Positions 61,189 through 64,000 of a stretch of DNA of 64,000 nt are shown one piece after another. The notes under the pieces are model-generated. The model saw nothing but the letters and a program-made list of their open reading frames with translations, ran no database searches and had not been told where the DNA came from. The translations under genes and the position numbers were made by a program. Positions within the stretch are counted from its first letter, which is position 1, and every line of letters starts with the position of its first letter. The DNA lies in contig OZ024752.1 of assembly GCA_964016885.1 (NCBI GenBank), positions 22,320,001 to 22,384,000 on the forward strand. Reading direction: 5' to 3'. The stretch is from Eledone cirrhosa. Taxonomy: Eukaryota.

Positions 61189-64000
61189 TGTAAGTCGTTA
61201 GATCAGAAGGCATTAAATAGACAAACTCCATTACAAGTATGCACTTCATTTATTCTTGCTTCACACTGTGAAAGTCATTTTGCCTGTATTTCCATGTGTG
61301 AGATACGACAGGATATGGCGTATCGAAGAATCGACGTTTTGACGATAGCAGATTTTTCTGGAGACTGGTCTTCTGTCTTAACTTCCGTTCTCTGGTCTAA
61401 GTAGCCCAGTTACTTGTATCGCTACGCTGAAGGTTTTGATTGGCTCACACTTCAGCCAATTTACTTCGTAACATTTTTCTTCTGCCGAAGGAAAATACAT
61501 TTAATTACAAAGGATATATATTACTGCTACATCACCCCCTGCTTAGGCTTAAAGCCGACAGAGAAAAAAGGGTAGCAGTTGCAAGAAATATAACAGTAAA
61601 TATATAATAAACAATATCAATTAACAGAAAACTAAATATTCATTTCACAGGAATGTCTGCGTTTTGCTTCAGAGAAAAAGAGGAAAATAAAAAAAAACTG
61701 AGCAGCAGAAATAGTCCAAAGTTCACATTAATTAATGCAGTTAATATAAATACAAGAGAGGACAAGAACTCAAAAAGCTTGCTCTATATAGCATAGTTCA
61801 TATATATAGAGTCTTGCAAAGCTTCTTGGGCCAATGTACTCGGCAACCACTACGTATGGTGGTGACATATGTAGGTGTAGGTGGAGAAGGTGTGTGCAAT
61901 GTTGCATGTGTAGCGTGTGTTGGCTGATGCAGAGTATATGTAGGGGGAATATGGGGCTCTTGTGTGAGAGTGTCTGTAAAGGCCCGTTTCACCCTATCGA
62001 TGGATACAGTCTCTTTTTTACCACCAATGTCCAGAGTGAACAGTTTATCTGTGCGTGCAAGCACACGATAAGGACCGGTATAAGGTGACGTGAGAGGAGC
62101 TCTTGCGGCGTCCTTCCGTAGAAAGACGTGGGTCCACGAAGCAATGTCTTTCGGGACCGCAGATTTTGTCTGTTCATAGGCGGAAGATTGTCAAAATAAG
62201 ATCGCAGTCTGTCCACATACAGAGCTGGATCTGTTTCAGGTAAATCCATTGAGGTCAACATCTGACCCGGTAAAGATATAGGTACTCCGTAAACCAGTTC
62301 AGCCGGGGAGTATCCTAGATCCTCCTTGATAGCTGCACGACAGCCAAGAAGGACAATTGGTACATACTCGCTCCATTGCTGTTGATCTGGATAAGCGCGC
62401 AATGCGGCGGCTTTCAATTGGCGGTGGAAGCGCTCTATCATTCCGTTCGAAGCTGGATGATAGCTAGTCGTTCGGATGCGCTTAATTCCCAGGATCCTTG
62501 AAAGTTCTCGGAAGAGATGGGACTCGAACTGTCCACCACGGTCCATGGTGACAGTGGTTGGAACTCCGTAACGCGATATCCAACCCGTTACTAGAGCTCG
62601 CGCTACAGATTCCGCCGAAATGTCACTTAAAGGAATGGCTTCAGGCCAACGTGTGAAGCGATCAATACAGGTCAGGAGATAGGTAAATCCTTGGCTGACC
62701 GGGCATGGTCCAACGAGATCTATGTGGACATGACTGAACCGAGCGTCTGGCGTGCTGAAAGTTCCGAGGGGTGCGCGGATGTGTTTGTGCACCTTTAACT
62801 TCTGGCAGGACAAGGAGGAACGTGTCCAGGCAGTGATGTCACGCCTCATATTCGGCCAGAAGAATCTAGCCGAAATGAGCTTCACTGTGGTTGATATTCC
62901 AGGGTGTGTTAGACCATGCAAGGTCTCGAAAACTGCACGACGATGAGTCGCTGGAACTAGAGGACGAGGTGAATCCGTCGAGGTGTCACAAATAATCTGT
63001 GTGTCCGAAGTGGGCACAGGTTGATATGAAAATTTGCCAGTTGCAAATTCAGGAGACGAAAGATCCAAGGTCTCCAGGGGTGACTGTTCTGTGGCCATCC
63101 GTTGAAGGTCAATATCCGAAGGTGATGACAGGGAATTGATTGGGAGGTGAGACAAGGCATCTGCCGCCGCATTCTGCTCACCGGAGATGTGTCGGATATC
63201 GCTGGTAAATTGCGAAACGAAGTCCAAATGACGAGTTTCGCGAGGTGAATATTTATCCGGCTTAGAACGCAGTGTGAACGTAAGCGGACGATGATCGGTG
63301 TAGATCGCAAATTGGTGACCCTCCAGTGAATGCCGAAAATGTTTCACTGCGAGGTACATAGCCAGGAGTTCACGGCCGAACGTGCTATATCGTGTCTCTG
63401 CTGGTTTCAGTAGTCTCGAGAAGTACGCGAGAGGTTGTAGTTGTTGTTGGTGATGCTGTTGCAAAACTGCACCTACAGCTGTGCCCGATGCATCAACGAC
63501 CAGTGAAAACTGGGCACCAGACACAGGATGTGCAAGTAACGATGTCTCCGCAAGTTTCTGCTTCACTTCGTTGAAGGCTTTTAGCTGATTCGTGTCCAGT
63601 GTGATGGATTCATTTTTCCTTTTCCTGTTACGTAACATGTCAGACAGAGGAGACTGGAGATCTGCACAGTGTGGGATAAAACGCCTGTAGTAGTTCAGCA
63701 GACCAAGGAAATGTCGTAGCTGTCGAAGTGAAGTAGGTGGGTGAAGGTCTTGCAGAGCTTTCACTTTGTCAGGTAGTGGTGAGATTCCCTCAGGGCTGAT
63801 AACGTGGCCCAAGAAGACAAGTGAAGGCGCACCGAAAACACATTTCGCTGGGTTAATTCGTACCTGATACTGCTGAAACCGCTCAAACAGTAGACGGAGG
63901 TGAGTGACATGTTCCTCGGGTGAGGCCCTTGCCAGAGAAGTCATCAATGTAGTTATACATGAAGTCAAAATCTCGCACAACTTCATCCATGAAACGTTGG
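61189..64000 (-). mobile_element. Ty3/Gypsy LTR retrotransposon: pol (RT C-terminus, RNase H, integrase), PPT and probable 3' LTR 61189-61531; continues beyond the window
   Basis: 665-aa ORF with FLG..NYYRRF, DAS, YST..RELLA, TDH.PL, HHCC-like, HIDLVGP and [12 protein letters not shown] aagcagggggtga precedes TGTAGC, and the LTR ends TACA. Confidence 0.93.

Overview
This is AT-rich, repeat-dense eukaryotic DNA, most likely an octopod cephalopod. That guess comes from my recall of the SINE and RTE families and is not verified. The ORF track misses the host genes: two tandem, same-strand, intron-rich paralogues encoding opioid-growth-factor-receptor (OGFr_N) domain proteins. Gene A is 5'-truncated by the window (exons <1-111, 6440-6542, 8275-8353, 16965-17031, 19358-19500, 28308-28506). 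It has a 10-aa tandem repeat before the domain and needs a GC-AG intron. Gene B appears complete (exons 34709-34786, 40812-41046, 42660-42738, 54753-54822, 56566-56708, 57218-57428; 271 aa). It starts with a hydrophobic signal-anchor and has Asn in place of both motif histidines. Introns and intergenic DNA contain decayed RTE LINEs with an internal PHD finger and Penelope-like elements with many hammerhead ribozyme motifs, including one near-complete copy. They also contain two Gypsy LTR elements, tRNA- and 5S-derived SINEs, piggyBac/hAT/Tc1-mariner MITEs, a non-autonomous Helitron and several mini/microsatellites. An inverted repeat near 60.5 kb carries histone-type 3' stem-loops with no histone gene. 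All calls are by eye; no searches were run.
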